From positions 141,918-205,917 of the forward strand of contig JAFUSR010000004.1 of NCBI GenBank assembly GCA_017467585.1: 64,000 nt of DNA, written 5' to 3'. Below, piece after piece: positions 9,798 to 19,840 of the stretch (position 1 is its first letter; the number at the start of each line of letters is the position of its first letter). The notes under the pieces were generated by a model. That model saw nothing but the letters and a program-made list of their open reading frames with translations. It did not search any database and was not told where the DNA came from. The position numbers and the translations under genes are program-made. The stretch is from Clostridia bacterium (GTDB lineage: Bacteria; Bacillota; Clostridia; Christensenellales; UBA1242).

Positions 9798-11300
9798 ATG
9801 TATCTCGCACTATACAGAAAATATCGTCCAAAAACATTTGAAGAGGTTATTGGTCAAGACCATATAATAAGAACCCTTAAAAATCAAATTTCAATGGATA
9901 AGGTTGGTCACGCATATTTGTTTTGCGGCAGCCGTGGAACAGGCAAGACCAGCACAGCTAAAATTTTTGCAAGAGAAGTTAACTGCACTTGTGGGCACAC
10001 CGGAAAGTGCTTGTTTTGCAAGGATGAGCAAACATTAGACATTCTTGAAATTGATGCTGCGAGCAACAATGGTGTAGACGAAATCAGGGCACTGCGTGAA
10101 AAGATAAAATATCCACCAGTTGACGGAAAATATAAGGTTTACATAATCGATGAAGTTCACATGCTCAGCCCAAGTGCATTTAATGCTCTTTTAAAAACTC
10201 TCGAAGAGCCACCAAAACACGCGCTCTTTATTTTGGCAACAACTGAAGTTCACAAACTTCCTGCAACAATTCTTTCAAGATGCATGCGCTTCGACTTTAA
10301 ACTTGTTTCAATTGAAGAATTATCAAAACTGCTTGAGAAGATTTTTAAAAGCGAAAAAATTGAATATGATGAACAGAGCATAGCCTTGATAGCGAGAGCT
10401 GGTGAAGGCAGTGTGCGTGACACCCTCAGCATCGCCGACAGGTGCACAAGTTATGCCGAAGGCAAACTCACAAGAGAAAAAGTTGTTGAAGTTTTGGGGG
10501 AAACGGAAAAACAGTCGCTCATTAGTCTTGCAGACGCAATACTTGTTGAGGGGCTCGGGGCGTCAATGCTCAAATTAGACCAAATTTTATCTGGCGGAAA
10601 GAGTCCACTTGTTCTTGCCAACGACTTAATTTTTTATTTCAGAGATTTGCTTTTAATTAATGTTTTAAAGAAAGATTCTGAAAAGATTATTGTTGCAAAC
10701 AATGCCGACCTCGAAAAAATGAAGGCTCAGGCAACTGACGAAAATTATGCAAAAATTGCAAAGGCTATCGATGTTTTGAGCAGTGTTGAACAAGAACTTA
10801 GATATTCTGCTCAACCAAGAATTGTGCTCGAAGAGTGCATAATAAAACTCTTCACCCAAGTCAACCTTTTGGAGCGAATTGAAAAGTTAGAAAAGATGCT
10901 CGCTTCTGGGGTGGTTGTTGAATCACCAAAACAGGATGTCATAAAACCAAAAGCAAAAGCAGAAGAACCAATAATCGAGCCTGTTCATATTTCAAAAGAT
11001 GCAAGGGCAGACGACAAACTGCTTGGTGAACTTTTAAACTATTTAAGAGAACAAAAATTAATGAGCCTGTTAATGGCCACAAGGCAAATTAACAAGATTT
11101 TAATTGATGGCGGCTGTGCCGAACTATATTTAAGAGACAAGTCAGCAATCAGCATGATAAGTTCTGCAAAATATAAACCAGAGTTAGACGAATTTTTTAG
11201 CAGACATAACTTGACGTGGAAAATAATTTCAAATGCGGCTGCTCAAAGTGCGGCGGGCAGTTTGTCTAGCAAACTTGGTGGAAAACTAGATATAAAATAA
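9798..11300 (+). CDS. dnaX: DNA polymerase III subunit gamma/tau
   Basis: Walker A GSRGTGKTS, DEVHML, SRC motif. AGGAGG SD. Confidence 0.93.
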   Translation: MYLALYRKYRPKTFEEVIGQDHIIRTLKNQISMDKVGHAYLFCGSRGTGKTSTAKIFAREVNCTCGHTGKCLFCKDEQTLDILEIDAASNNGVDEIRALREKIKYPPVDGKYKVYIIDEVHMLSPSAFNALLKTLEEPPKHALFILATTEVHKLPATILSRCMRFDFKLVSIEELSKLLEKIFKSEKIEYDEQSIALIARAGEGSVRDTLSIADRCTSYAEGKLTREKVVEVLGETEKQSLISLADAILVEGLGASMLKLDQILSGGKSPLVLANDLIFYFRDLLLINVLKKDSEKIIVANNADLEKMKAQATDENYAKIAKAIDVLSSVEQELRYSAQPRIVLEECIIKLFTQVNLLERIEKLEKMLASGVVVESPKQDVIKPKAKAEEPIIEPVHISKDARADDKLLGELLNYLREQKLMSLLMATRQINKILIDGGCAELYLRDKSAISMISSAKYKPELDEFFSRHNLTWKIISNAAAQSAAGSLSSKLGGKLDIK

Positions 11301-11355
11301 ATTGCAAAAGAAAGAGCAATCTGATAAAATATAATCACAAAAAGGAGTAAACATA

Positions 11356-11685
11356 ATGGCAAGATATGGCGGTGGTTTTGGAGGCTTTGGCGGAAACAAC
11401 ATGCAAGCACTCATGAAACAGGCGCAAAAAATGCAAGAAGATGCATTAAAAGCAAAAGAAGAAGTAGAAAACAGTGAGCACGAGGGCAAGGCCAGTGGTG
11501 GTCTTGTTAGTGTTGTCGTAAACGGAAATGGGGTCCTCAAAAGCATTCATTTAGACCCACAGGTTGTCGACCCAGACGACACAGAACTTCTTGAAGACAT
11601 GATCACAGCTGCATATAACGCAGCAAACCAAAAGGCTCAAGAGTTTAAGAACAGCAAGATGGGAAATCTTGGGGGCTTAATTTAA
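11356..11685 (+). CDS. ybaB: nucleoid-associated protein YbaB/EbfC
   Basis: 109 aa with a typical MQALMKQAQKMQ N-terminus. Conserved dnaX-ybaB-recR order. Confidence 0.9.
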   Translation: MARYGGGFGGFGGNNMQALMKQAQKMQEDALKAKEEVENSEHEGKASGGLVSVVVNGNGVLKSIHLDPQVVDPDDTELLEDMITAAYNAANQKAQEFKNSKMGNLGGLI

Positions 11686-12278
11686 TGGCGAACGAAATCG
11701 AACCAATTGCAAGGCTCATAAACGAATTTAGCAAGTTACCTGGTGTGGGCAAAAAAACTGCTCAGAGATATGCATATAGCATTGTTAAAGGAACGGACGA
11801 AAACGCCAAAAATTTTGCAGATGCACTATTAAATGTTAAAAAAGAAGTTAAATTTTGCGAAATTTGTGGCAATTATACCGACACAAGTCCCTGCAAAATA
11901 TGCAAAACACGCAAAAGTGACGTAATTTGTGTGGTAAAAGAGCCAAAAGATGTAATTGCGATTGACAAATCCAACGGATTTAATGGCACTTATCATGTTC
12001 TTCACGGAACAATCAATCCAATGGCGAACATTGGGCCAAACGACATTAGAATTAAAGAACTTTTAGAGAGAATTCAAACAGGTTCAACCAAAGAAGTTAT
12101 TGTTGCAACAAACCCCGATGTTGAGGGCGAAGCAACGGCTATGTATATTGCTAAACTCATTAAACCATTTGGAATAAAGGTGACAAGAATTGCTCAAGGT
12201 GTTGCCATGGGAAGCGAACTAGAATTCGCTGACGAGGTAACATTGTCGCGCGCAATTGCCGACCGCAGAGAAATTTAA
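11685..12278 (+). CDS. recR: recombination protein RecR
   Basis: C4 zinc finger (CEICGNYTDTSPCKIC) plus Toprim segment. Confidence 0.93.
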   Translation: MANEIEPIARLINEFSKLPGVGKKTAQRYAYSIVKGTDENAKNFADALLNVKKEVKFCEICGNYTDTSPCKICKTRKSDVICVVKEPKDVIAIDKSNGFNGTYHVLHGTINPMANIGPNDIRIKELLERIQTGSTKEVIVATNPDVEGEATAMYIAKLIKPFGIKVTRIAQGVAMGSELEFADEVTLSRAIADRREI

Positions 12279-12381
12279 TACGAAAAACACGGCAAAGGTT
12301 AAAAACTTTTGAAACTTGCAATAATAATTTTGAAATTTCAAAATTTTATGTTTTAATATATGAGTAGGGAGATTTCCTAAT

Positions 12382-12834
12382 ATGGAAGAAAAATTTAATG
12401 ATATTTTAGATAAGGATGAAAAAATAATATCAGTATTTAAACCTGTTAAAAGACGATATTGGAGAGCGGGGCTTGCTCCTTTCGCTATACCTTTATTTTG
12501 GCCTCATTTAATTATATTACTTGTTATTACATTTTTTACCTTGCCGTTTTTTTATGCGAAAGCATATTACAATATTTATTATGCATACACTAATAAAAGG
12601 CTTATTGTAAGAAAAGGAATATTTGGCAATAATTTTGCGAGTTTAGAATATAAGGATATTACGGCTACATCTGTAAAAGTGGGGTTTCTTGATAAAGGTT
12701 GTGAGACCGGAACGCTTGAGTTTTCAAGCCCTAGTGTTCACGCAGGGGTGCCTTTGAGGTTTAATTATATTAGCAACCCGTATGAAAATATGAAATTAAT
12801 TAAAGAGCAAATTGATTCTGCAATTAAAAAATAA
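12382..12834 (+). CDS. membrane-anchored bacterial PH-domain (bPH_2/YdbS-like) protein
   Basis: Two TM helices followed by ..YAYTNKRLIVRKG..LEYKDI.. typical of the YdbS/YdbT family. Confidence 0.65.
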   Translation: MEEKFNDILDKDEKIISVFKPVKRRYWRAGLAPFAIPLFWPHLIILLVITFFTLPFFYAKAYYNIYYAYTNKRLIVRKGIFGNNFASLEYKDITATSVKVGFLDKGCETGTLEFSSPSVHAGVPLRFNYISNPYENMKLIKEQIDSAIKK

Positions 12835-12929
12835 TAAAGATAAATAGCAGTTAAACGTGTGCTTGTCTTAATACAAGTCGGTGTCGTTATCGCTCCACCG
12901 AAGATAGGCATACAGAATAAACTTGGTTA

Positions 12930-12992
12930 AAAGAAAGAGTGTGTGCTGTGATCTAATCGCACACACTCTTTCTTTATTTTCTCTTTGTTTTT
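12930..12992 (+). terminator. very strong hairpin terminator (17-bp perfect stem)
   Basis: AAAGAAAGAGTGTGTGC (12930-12946) pairs perfectly with GCACACACTCTTTCTTT (12959-12975). A T-rich tail follows. Confidence 0.75.
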
Positions 12993-13211
12993 AGTGTATA
13001 CTAATTGTTGTCAAGGTTAAAGTTCATGTCTTGTGATATCAATTATTAATCTTTTTACGACAGCCTGTGACAACGGCATTGTATTCGTTTTTGTTGCTAA
13101 TTAAGAGAGAAAAAATAACACCCTAACTTTTTCAAGTTAAAGTGTTAATCATTTTGCAAGTTTCAATTTTCTTAGACTAAGACAGTCTTTTTTTTATTAC
13201 AACACAAAAGG

Positions 13212-13240
13212 TTGCACAAATTGCAGCAAAATATTATAAT
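13212..13240 (+). promoter_or_regulatory. sigma-A type promoter
   Basis: TTGCAC-17 nt-TATAAT about 25 nt upstream of the GAGGAGG SD of the 13267 ORF. Confidence 0.6.
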
Positions 13241-13266
13241 ATAATCAGAAGAGGAGGGGTAAGTTT

Positions 13267-13512
13267 ATGGAAAATAACATCTTTAAGCCAACTTGCGAAA
13301 ACAAGGCAGGGAGAATTTTGTTTTACACGTTCGAAATTGCGGCGCTTGTAGTTTTTGCCATCAATTTAATTTTGGGGCTTGTTGTTGCAATTCAGGTTAG
13401 TTCATTTGCAACATTTATTTCAGGCTTAATCGGCTCTGTAATTTATGCACTTGGAATTTATGCTGTTGGCAGAGTGATTGACTTGCTTTATAAACTAAAC
13501 GAGAAAAATTAA
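13267..13512 (+). CDS. small two-TM membrane protein, unknown function
   Basis: 81 aa, strong SD (GAGGAGGGG), two hydrophobic helices, hairpin terminator downstream. Confidence 0.55.
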   Translation: MENNIFKPTCENKAGRILFYTFEIAALVVFAINLILGLVVAIQVSSFATFISGLIGSVIYALGIYAVGRVIDLLYKLNEKN

Positions 13513-13541
13513 TTAATGCTTAATCAATACAAAAACTTAGG

Positions 13542-13576
13542 GCCGTCGCCATTTTTAGCGGCGGTTCTTTTTTTGC
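13542..13576 (+). terminator. intrinsic terminator
   Basis: GCCGTCGC / GCGGCGGT stem (two G-U pairs) followed by TTCTTTTTTT. Confidence 0.65.
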
Positions 13577-13702
13577 ACAAAAGCTTGGTTAAAAATTTGT
13601 CTATGTTTCGAGTTGTTTTATGAACTTTCATACGCTTATTATGCCCAAAAAGTTGTCAAAAATTTTGTTTGGTGTTAATATAGTATCATAAGGAGAAAAA
13701 TT

Positions 13703-14506
13703 ATGAGCCGTGGAAGTTCAAGCATAAGTGGCGGTGGCGGATTTAGCGGAGGCAGCAGTCATAGCGGTGGCGGATATCATTCAAGTGGCAATGGTGGATT
13801 GTTTACAGGGCTGCTTATTGGTTCGCTGCTTTCTCGACGCAGTGGTGGTTCATCTGGTGATTCGTCCGGTGAAAACAATAGCGACGGAATTAAATATAAA
13901 AAGGTTAGAAACCAAAGAGCAACACTAATTGTTTCTGGAGTATTTTTAGCCATAACAGTTTTGTTTGTTGTTCTCTCAATTGTGTTCCGATTCAGCGCAG
14001 TATATGACACCATTTCAGCAACAGCAACAGACTATGATTATCGTTATGATTACGACCAAGGCAGATCATATTATTACACAACTTACGAATTTACCTATGG
14101 TGGAAGAGATTATAGTATAGAGAGCAAAATAGGCTGGACAAAACTTGAAAATATGGAAGGCAAAACCTACACCGAAGAAAACATAAACACCTATTATCTT
14201 CACAAAAATTATGAGATTTTTGTGAAAAAATCGAATCCATTTGAAATTTACGAAGTTGAAGCAAAAGGCGACATGCCAAGCACAAACTTGATTTATATTT
14301 TCTTTGCAATATTCTTCGGAATTGTCACAGTGATTGTCTATCTCGCTGGCATAAATAAATATGAAATAGACCAAGAATATCTTGCGGAAAAAAAGAAAAT
14401 GGAAGAAGAAAAAATGCCAGAAGGCAAACGCAAATGCGGTTATTGCGGTGGAATTATCGACGCTTCATCAAACAAGTGTCCACACTGCGGCGCCAGCACA
14501 AAATAA
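13703..14506 (+). CDS. membrane protein with Gly/Ser-rich N-terminus, DUF3592-like core and C-terminal zinc ribbon
   Basis: AGGAGA SD. TM helices flank a Tyr-rich beta-type segment. C-terminal CGYCGG..CPHCG. Confidence 0.6.
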   Translation: MSRGSSSISGGGGFSGGSSHSGGGYHSSGNGGLFTGLLIGSLLSRRSGGSSGDSSGENNSDGIKYKKVRNQRATLIVSGVFLAITVLFVVLSIVFRFSAVYDTISATATDYDYRYDYDQGRSYYYTTYEFTYGGRDYSIESKIGWTKLENMEGKTYTEENINTYYLHKNYEIFVKKSNPFEIYEVEAKGDMPSTNLIYIFFAIFFGIVTVIVYLAGINKYEIDQEYLAEKKKMEEEKMPEGKRKCGYCGGIIDASSNKCPHCGASTK

Positions 14507-14507
14507 C

Positions 14508-14534
14508 AAAAACAGGGATGCCCCTGTTTTTTTG
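14508..14534 (+). terminator. intrinsic terminator
   Basis: ACAGGG-ATGC-CCCTGT followed by a T-run. Confidence 0.65.
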
Positions 14535-14656
14535 TGCACAAAAATTGCTGAATAAGTCATAAAATGGTTATAAAAATATAAAAAGCTTGTTGGTTTAAAT
14601 TGATATTCAAATCAATTTATGGTATAGTGTTTTGCGAAAAGAGAAGAGGAAAAATT

Positions 14657-17518
14657 ATGTTAGAACTAAAAAACATCAAAAAAGTTTATGAAATTGGAAA
14701 ACAAAAAGACAAAGACTATCAAGTGACACACGCACTTCGCGGTGTTTCTCTTATGTTTCGCGACAGCGAATTTGTTTCTATTTTAGGCCCAAGTGGCTGC
14801 GGAAAGACAACGCTTTTGAACATTGTGGGAGGGCTAGACCAATACACAAGTGGCGACCTTGTTATCAATGGCCGCAGCACAAAAGAATATAAGGACAAAG
14901 ATTGGGACAACTATCGCAACAACTCGGTTGGTTTTGTGTTTCAAAGTTATAACCTAATTCCTCATCAAACCGTGCTCGAAAATGTTGAACTTGCACTCAC
15001 ACTTTCTGGCGTAAGCCGAAAAGAGAGAAAAGAAAAAGCAAAACAGGCCCTCGAAAAAGTTGGCCTTGGCGACAGAGTTAATTCAAGACCAAATCAATTG
15101 TCTGGTGGACAAATGCAGAGAGTAGCAATTGCTCGTGCACTTGTTAACAACCCAGAAATTATTTTGGCGGACGAGCCAACCGGTGCACTCGACACAAAAA
15201 CAAGCATTCAGGTTATGGAACTTTTGAAAGAGGTTTCAAAAGAGCGTCTAGTTATTATGGTTACTCACAACCCAGACCTTGCAGAAGCTTATTCTTCTAG
15301 AATAATAAAAATGCTAGATGGCAACATGGTTGAAGACAGCATGCCAATTTCTGAAGAAGAGAAGGCTGATTTCAAAAAAAGATTAGAAACAGAGCAGAAA
15401 AACGCTCAAAAACAGCTCGAAAACGAGCAAAAAATGACCAAAAATGAGCGAAAACTGCTCAAAATCGAGCAAAAAAAGGCACGAAAATTGTCGAAAAAAA
15501 CCAAAAAGAGCATGTCATTTTGGACGGCGCTTTCGCTATCTTTTAAAAACTTACTCACCAAAAAGGCAAGGACAATGCTCGTTGCTTTTGCAGGCAGCAT
15601 CGGCATAATTGGAATTGCTCTTATTCTCTCACTTTCTAGTGGTTTTCAGGGCTATATCAACCGCGTGCAAGAAAACACTTTGTCAACCTATCCAATAACC
15701 ATAAAAGCAAAGTCTATTGATTTTACTTCAATTGTAATGTCAATGTTTATGGACACAAGCGAATCTAAAGGGGTGAGCCACAACAAAGACGAGGTTTATT
15801 CTAAAGAAAATATTGCAAAATTAATTGATGGTGTTGGTGATAAACTTGGTTCAAACAACCTTGAAAAATTCTATGATTATATTGGTGAAAATTATAGCAA
15901 GCTTGAACCATATGTAAACGCCGTTAAATATACCTATGACTTAAAGTTTGACTATTATAACAACAACGCAATTTCAAGCGTTCAAGATATTGAAAATGTT
16001 AACGCCAGTGATGCTGTCATCAACATGATAACAATTTATTCGCTCTATTATTTTGAAGACAAAACAGGAATTGCCTTTGAAATTAACGATGGCGAAACTT
16101 ACACCCTCATCAATCCAGATTTTGATCCGGAAAACATTTTGCCAGAGAGTGAATATGCTAACAAATATCCATTTATTTACACTGAAAATAATTATAGCGA
16201 CCTTAACTTTATTGTTGCAGGAATTGAAAAGGACGGCTCTGCAACACCGGGAAGAATAACAATTAACAAACAACAAGTTTTGTATTTGGTGTTCAGAATT
16301 TTGGGGCTTTCTACAGACAGTTTAAGTTCGCTCGGTTCTGGCTCGGCTTCTATGCTGTTTTCAACAGAAATTTTTAGTGAAATGATAGATAACCAAAAAC
16401 TCATTGAAGAACAATATGAACTCCTTGGCGAAAACAGCAGATGGACACGCTCTGGTGCTGCCTTTGCAGATGAAGCACTTTTGGTTCTTGACAAAAATAA
16501 CGAGGTTGACGACTATGTTTTGTTTGCTCTTGGAATATTAAGCGAAGACCAAATGAGCAATATCATGGAAGGACTTATAAAAGATAACAAGGTTACAGAG
16601 TCGGTTGCCTACGACGACATTATTGGAAAGACCTATAAAATTTTAGATAAGGCAGACTATTATGTTAACGACTCAGAGGACGGAGTAGTTGATTTCAGAA
16701 CATATAACGTTGCGGGAGATTCTGCAAAACTTGCCAAATATGCCACATATTATCAAAATGCAGTTGAGAACTGCACAAACACAATAAAAATTGTTGGCAT
16801 TGTAAGACCAAAACCAACAACAAATGTCGGCTCGCTTTCTACCGGTGTTGTTTATAGCAAAGATTTTACCAAAAAGATGATAGAACACCGCAACAGCATT
16901 GTTGAAACACTGGGACAGGAGAATTTGTCTTCTGTTGCTTCGATAGACGAAGAGGTTCCAGAATCAATTCAAATTTACATAAATAGTTTTGATTCTAAAG
17001 AAAAAGTTAAGGCATTTATTGAAGGCTATAACAGCCAAGCAGAAGCAAACGACAGAATTACTTATTCAGACACAGCCGGAACAATTATGAGCACGGTTTC
17101 TACCATTATTAACGCAATAACTTATGTGTTAATTGCGTTTGTCAGTATTTCGCTTGTGGTTTCTAGCATCATGATTGGAATTATTACTTATATTTCTGTT
17201 TTGGAGCGCACAAAAGAAATTGGAGTGCTGAGAAGTGTTGGCGCATCGAAACGCGACATTAAACGCGTGTTCACTGCAGAAAGCTTAATTATTGGCTTAA
17301 TTGCCGGCGTTATGGGAATTTTGATAACTCTTATTCTGAATATTCCTATTAACATTATAATTAGTCATCTTGCAAACATTTCTGGTGTTGCTGCGTTGCC
17401 ATGGCTTGGTGCAGTCATTTTGGTTGCAATAAGCATGCTCTTAACCTTTATTGCAGGACTGGTTCCTGCGCGAATCGCCAGCAAGAAAGACCCAGTTGTT
17501 GCGCTTAGAACAGAATAG
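14657..17518 (+). CDS. fused ABC transporter ATP-binding protein / FtsX-type permease (MacB-like) with a large extracytoplasmic domain
   Basis: Walker [10 protein letters not shown], signature LSGGQMQR, Walker B ILADEPT, C-terminal FtsX-like helices. Start moved from 14600 to ATG 14657 ([20 protein letters not shown]). Confidence 0.85.
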   Translation: MLELKNIKKVYEIGKQKDKDYQVTHALRGVSLMFRDSEFVSILGPSGCGKTTLLNIVGGLDQYTSGDLVINGRSTKEYKDKDWDNYRNNSVGFVFQSYNLIPHQTVLENVELALTLSGVSRKERKEKAKQALEKVGLGDRVNSRPNQLSGGQMQRVAIARALVNNPEIILADEPTGALDTKTSIQVMELLKEVSKERLVIMVTHNPDLAEAYSSRIIKMLDGNMVEDSMPISEEEKADFKKRLETEQKNAQKQLENEQKMTKNERKLLKIEQKKARKLSKKTKKSMSFWTALSLSFKNLLTKKARTMLVAFAGSIGIIGIALILSLSSGFQGYINRVQENTLSTYPITIKAKSIDFTSIVMSMFMDTSESKGVSHNKDEVYSKENIAKLIDGVGDKLGSNNLEKFYDYIGENYSKLEPYVNAVKYTYDLKFDYYNNNAISSVQDIENVNASDAVINMITIYSLYYFEDKTGIAFEINDGETYTLINPDFDPENILPESEYANKYPFIYTENNYSDLNFIVAGIEKDGSATPGRITINKQQVLYLVFRILGLSTDSLSSLGSGSASMLFSTEIFSEMIDNQKLIEEQYELLGENSRWTRSGAAFADEALLVLDKNNEVDDYVLFALGILSEDQMSNIMEGLIKDNKVTESVAYDDIIGKTYKILDKADYYVNDSEDGVVDFRTYNVAGDSAKLAKYATYYQNAVENCTNTIKIVGIVRPKPTTNVGSLSTGVVYSKDFTKKMIEHRNSIVETLGQENLSSVASIDEEVPESIQIYINSFDSKEKVKAFIEGYNSQAEANDRITYSDTAGTIMSTVSTIINAITYVLIAFVSISLVVSSIMIGIITYISVLERTKEIGVLRSVGASKRDIKRVFTAESLIIGLIAGVMGILITLILNIPINIIISHLANISGVAALPWLGAVILVAISMLLTFIAGLVPARIASKKDPVVALRTE

Positions 17519-17527
17519 GAGAGGAAC

Positions 17528-18262
17528 ATGGAAAACACTTTTAAAACAGAAATCTCTGTTGGCTCGCAAAACCTCAACTGCAACGAAGAACTTAGCCTGC
17601 AGGCCTGCATGGAAATTTTTCAAGATGTGGCCAACACCCACGCAGAAAGGCTTGGGGCAGACAGGTGGAGTTTGCTTAAAAAAAGTGGTGCATTTTGGGT
17701 TGTAACCAAGGTTAAATTAAAAATTGAAGAGATGCCAAAATTGCACGACAATGTTGTTGCCGAAACTTGGACGTTAGACAATTCGTTTGTTGCGTTTGAA
17801 AGAGATGCAAAGTTGAGTGTGAGTGACAGGGAACTGGTTAAAATCAAAAGTGAGTGGGTTACGCTAGATGCCGACACACACAAAATTCGTCCTGCAAAAA
17901 CCATAGCATTTCCTTTTGAAATGGAAAATAGAACAGATAGGGCAATTGAAGGCAAATTTTCAGTTTTAAAAGCCGAAATTAATAAAAACAACTTTAGTTA
18001 TTCAAGAATTATTAAATTTGGCGATTTAGACATGAATAATCATGTTAACAACTGCTATTATTCTCGGTTTGTTCTCGACTGTTTTTCTAGTGAAGAATTA
18101 AAGAAAAACAAAATCGATGAATATGAAATTCATTTTGTAAATGAGTGTCACGAGGGCGAGCAGCTAGACTTTTATAAAACAGAACTAGAAGATGGAACTT
18201 ATGTTGAGGCCAGGGTTGGAGACAAGCAGATTATAAAGGCTCACATAGTTTGGAAGAAATAA
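17528..18262 (+). CDS. acyl-ACP thioesterase
   Basis: Double hot-dog FatA/B-like layout (..FWVVTKVKLKI.. and ..DLDMNNHVNNCYY..). Confidence 0.8.
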   Translation: MENTFKTEISVGSQNLNCNEELSLQACMEIFQDVANTHAERLGADRWSLLKKSGAFWVVTKVKLKIEEMPKLHDNVVAETWTLDNSFVAFERDAKLSVSDRELVKIKSEWVTLDADTHKIRPAKTIAFPFEMENRTDRAIEGKFSVLKAEINKNNFSYSRIIKFGDLDMNNHVNNCYYSRFVLDCFSSEELKKNKIDEYEIHFVNECHEGEQLDFYKTELEDGTYVEARVGDKQIIKAHIVWKK

Positions 18263-18289
18263 AAAGAACCTGCAGACGCAGGTTTTTTA
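18262..18289. terminator. bidirectional terminator
   Basis: AACCTGC-AGAC-GCAGGTT with an A-run and a T-run. Confidence 0.75.
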
Positions 18290-18496
18290 TTTTCTTTCCT
18301 CAATTAATTTTAAAAGGTTTATTCCAGTTCCGATATGAATATTTATTAGAGTGTCGATTGACTGGGGACTAAATGCATTCATAAGCAAATAGAATTTGTC
18401 TTTAGAAATTTTGCACTTTTTGCAAAATCCTTTTACATCGAGATTGTTTTGTTTCATATAATCTACGATTGTTTTAGAATTTAATTTGACTATCAT
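18287..18496 (-). CDS. small HTH-type DNA-binding protein (Cro/CI-like)
   Basis: 69 aa. Predicted HTH around VKGFCKKCKISKDKFYLLMN. Divergent from an XRE gene. Confidence 0.55.
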   Translation of the reverse strand: MIVKLNSKTIVDYMKQNNLDVKGFCKKCKISKDKFYLLMNAFSPQSIDTLINIHIGTGINLLKLIEERK

Positions 18497-18521
18497 AAGT
18501 AATACCTATACTTTTATTTTA

Positions 18522-18538
18522 TTATGCTAATAGCATAA
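18522..18538. promoter_or_regulatory. palindromic operator candidate O1
   Basis: TTATGCTA-A-TAGCATAA, perfect 8-bp inverted arms. Confidence 0.55.
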
Positions 18539-18550
18539 AGTCAAGTAAAT

Positions 18551-18567
18551 TATGGCTAATAGCCATA
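18551..18567. promoter_or_regulatory. palindromic operator candidate O2
   Basis: TATGGCTA-A-TAGCCATA, perfect 8-bp arms. Same consensus as O1. Overlaps the -10 (TATACT) of the XRE gene. Confidence 0.55.
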
Positions 18568-18577
18568 TACTAATACC

Positions 18578-18781
18578 ATGAATAAATTTACAATTAGATT
18601 AAATGAAACTTTAAAAAGCTTAGGAATGAGTCAGTCTGAACTTGCTCGAAAAATTAATATGTCAGTTAGCATAGTGAACAATTATTGCAGGGGAAGAAGA
18701 GAACCAAGTTTAGATGCGCTTATGCTGATTTGCAAGGCTCTTGATGAAAGTGCAGATTATCTTTTAGGGATTGTTGACTAG
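18578..18781 (+). CDS. XRE-family HTH transcriptional regulator
   Basis: LGMSQSELARKINMSVSIVNNYCRGRREPSLDAL is a classic HTH_3 pattern. Confidence 0.8.
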   Translation: MNKFTIRLNETLKSLGMSQSELARKINMSVSIVNNYCRGRREPSLDALMLICKALDESADYLLGIVD

Positions 18782-18792
18782 CAATTCAAAAT

Positions 18793-18830
18793 AAAAAAAA
18801 CGGCATCAAATTTTTGATGTCGTTTTCTTT
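18793..18830. terminator. bidirectional terminator
   Basis: ACGGCATCAAA / TTTGATGTCGT stem with an A-run and a T-run. Confidence 0.7.
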
Positions 18831-19703
18831 TTATTTATAATATTCGCACATGGCTATTGCGATTGCACCATCACCGATGTGGCAAGAAACTGAAAGAGAA
18901 AGGGGATCAACAACCTCAATCATCAGTCCGTGGTGCTTGAGCATTTCGTTTGCTTCTTTTTCAAACTGCTCACAGCGGGCTCTGTCGTGAGTGTAGGCCA
19001 TCATAACCTTCATTCGACCTTCTTCGAGTTGTTTTTTGAAGCGAGTTTCAAGTTCTTTGTTGATTTGGTCTAACATTCGTTTTTTGCCCTGGTCGTAACT
19101 GATAACCTGACAGAATTTGTCTAGTTTTTCGCCTTGAATTGTGAGAACTGGCTTAATTTTAAGCATTCCGCCAATGAGTGCAGCAGCAGGTGTTATTCTG
19201 CCACCTTTTTTGAGATATTTTAGGGTTGAAAGCATAATGTATATGCTTGCGTTCATGCTTGTGTCTAAGAGATATTTTTTAATTTCTTTTGCGCCCTTTC
19301 CTTCATTTGCAAGAGCAATGGCGTCGAGCACTGATTGTCTTTGTGTTACTGAAATTCTGTGGTTATCTACAACTTCAACTTTTCCGTTAAAGTTTTTTGC
19401 AAAGTTGGTTGCTGTTTCGCATGAGCCAGAAAGCCCACTGCTCATTGGAATATAAACAATTTCGTCGTGGGTTTTTAGAAGTTCTGTCCACAGTTCGCCA
19501 AGAGAGAAGATGTTTGGTTGACTTGTAGAAACATTTGCACCAGCTAAAAGCTTTTCATAAAACTGCTCTTGGGTTAAGTTGATGTCTTCAAAATATTCTT
19601 CTTCATCGATTAAAAAAGGCATTGGAACAACGGTTATTCCAAGTTCTTTTGCCTGCGACTGTGTTATGCCGCTGTTGCTGTCAGTTACTATTGCAACTTT
19701 CAT
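18831..19703 (-). CDS. DegV family fatty-acid-binding protein
   Basis: MKVAIVTDSNSGI N-terminus and DegV-length ORF. Confidence 0.85.
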   Translation of the reverse strand: MKVAIVTDSNSGITQSQAKELGITVVPMPFLIDEEEYFEDINLTQEQFYEKLLAGANVSTSQPNIFSLGELWTELLKTHDEIVYIPMSSGLSGSCETATNFAKNFNGKVEVVDNHRISVTQRQSVLDAIALANEGKGAKEIKKYLLDTSMNASIYIMLSTLKYLKKGGRITPAAALIGGMLKIKPVLTIQGEKLDKFCQVISYDQGKKRMLDQINKELETRFKKQLEEGRMKVMMAYTHDRARCEQFEKEANEMLKHHGLMIEVVDPLSLSVSCHIGDGAIAIAMCEYYK

Positions 19704-19800
19704 AAAAAATCCTCTTTAGTAAATTTATGCTGTTATATTAGCATAACAACACCACTTGCGTCAAATAAAACGAATGAACTAATATTTGGGGGGAAAATAG

Positions 19801-19830
19801 AAAATAAAAAGCACCCAACTGGGTGCTTTG
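19801..19830 (-). terminator. intrinsic terminator
   Basis: AGCACCC-AACT-GGGTGCT. T-run on the minus strand. Confidence 0.7.
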
Positions 19831-19840
19831 TTTGCTGATA

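Noticed and set aside
13716-13880. Tandem GGTGGCGGA/AGTGGT-type nucleotide repeats
   Set aside because: They encode the Gly/Ser-rich N-terminus of the 13703..14506 protein in frame. This is low-complexity coding sequence and not a separate repeat element.
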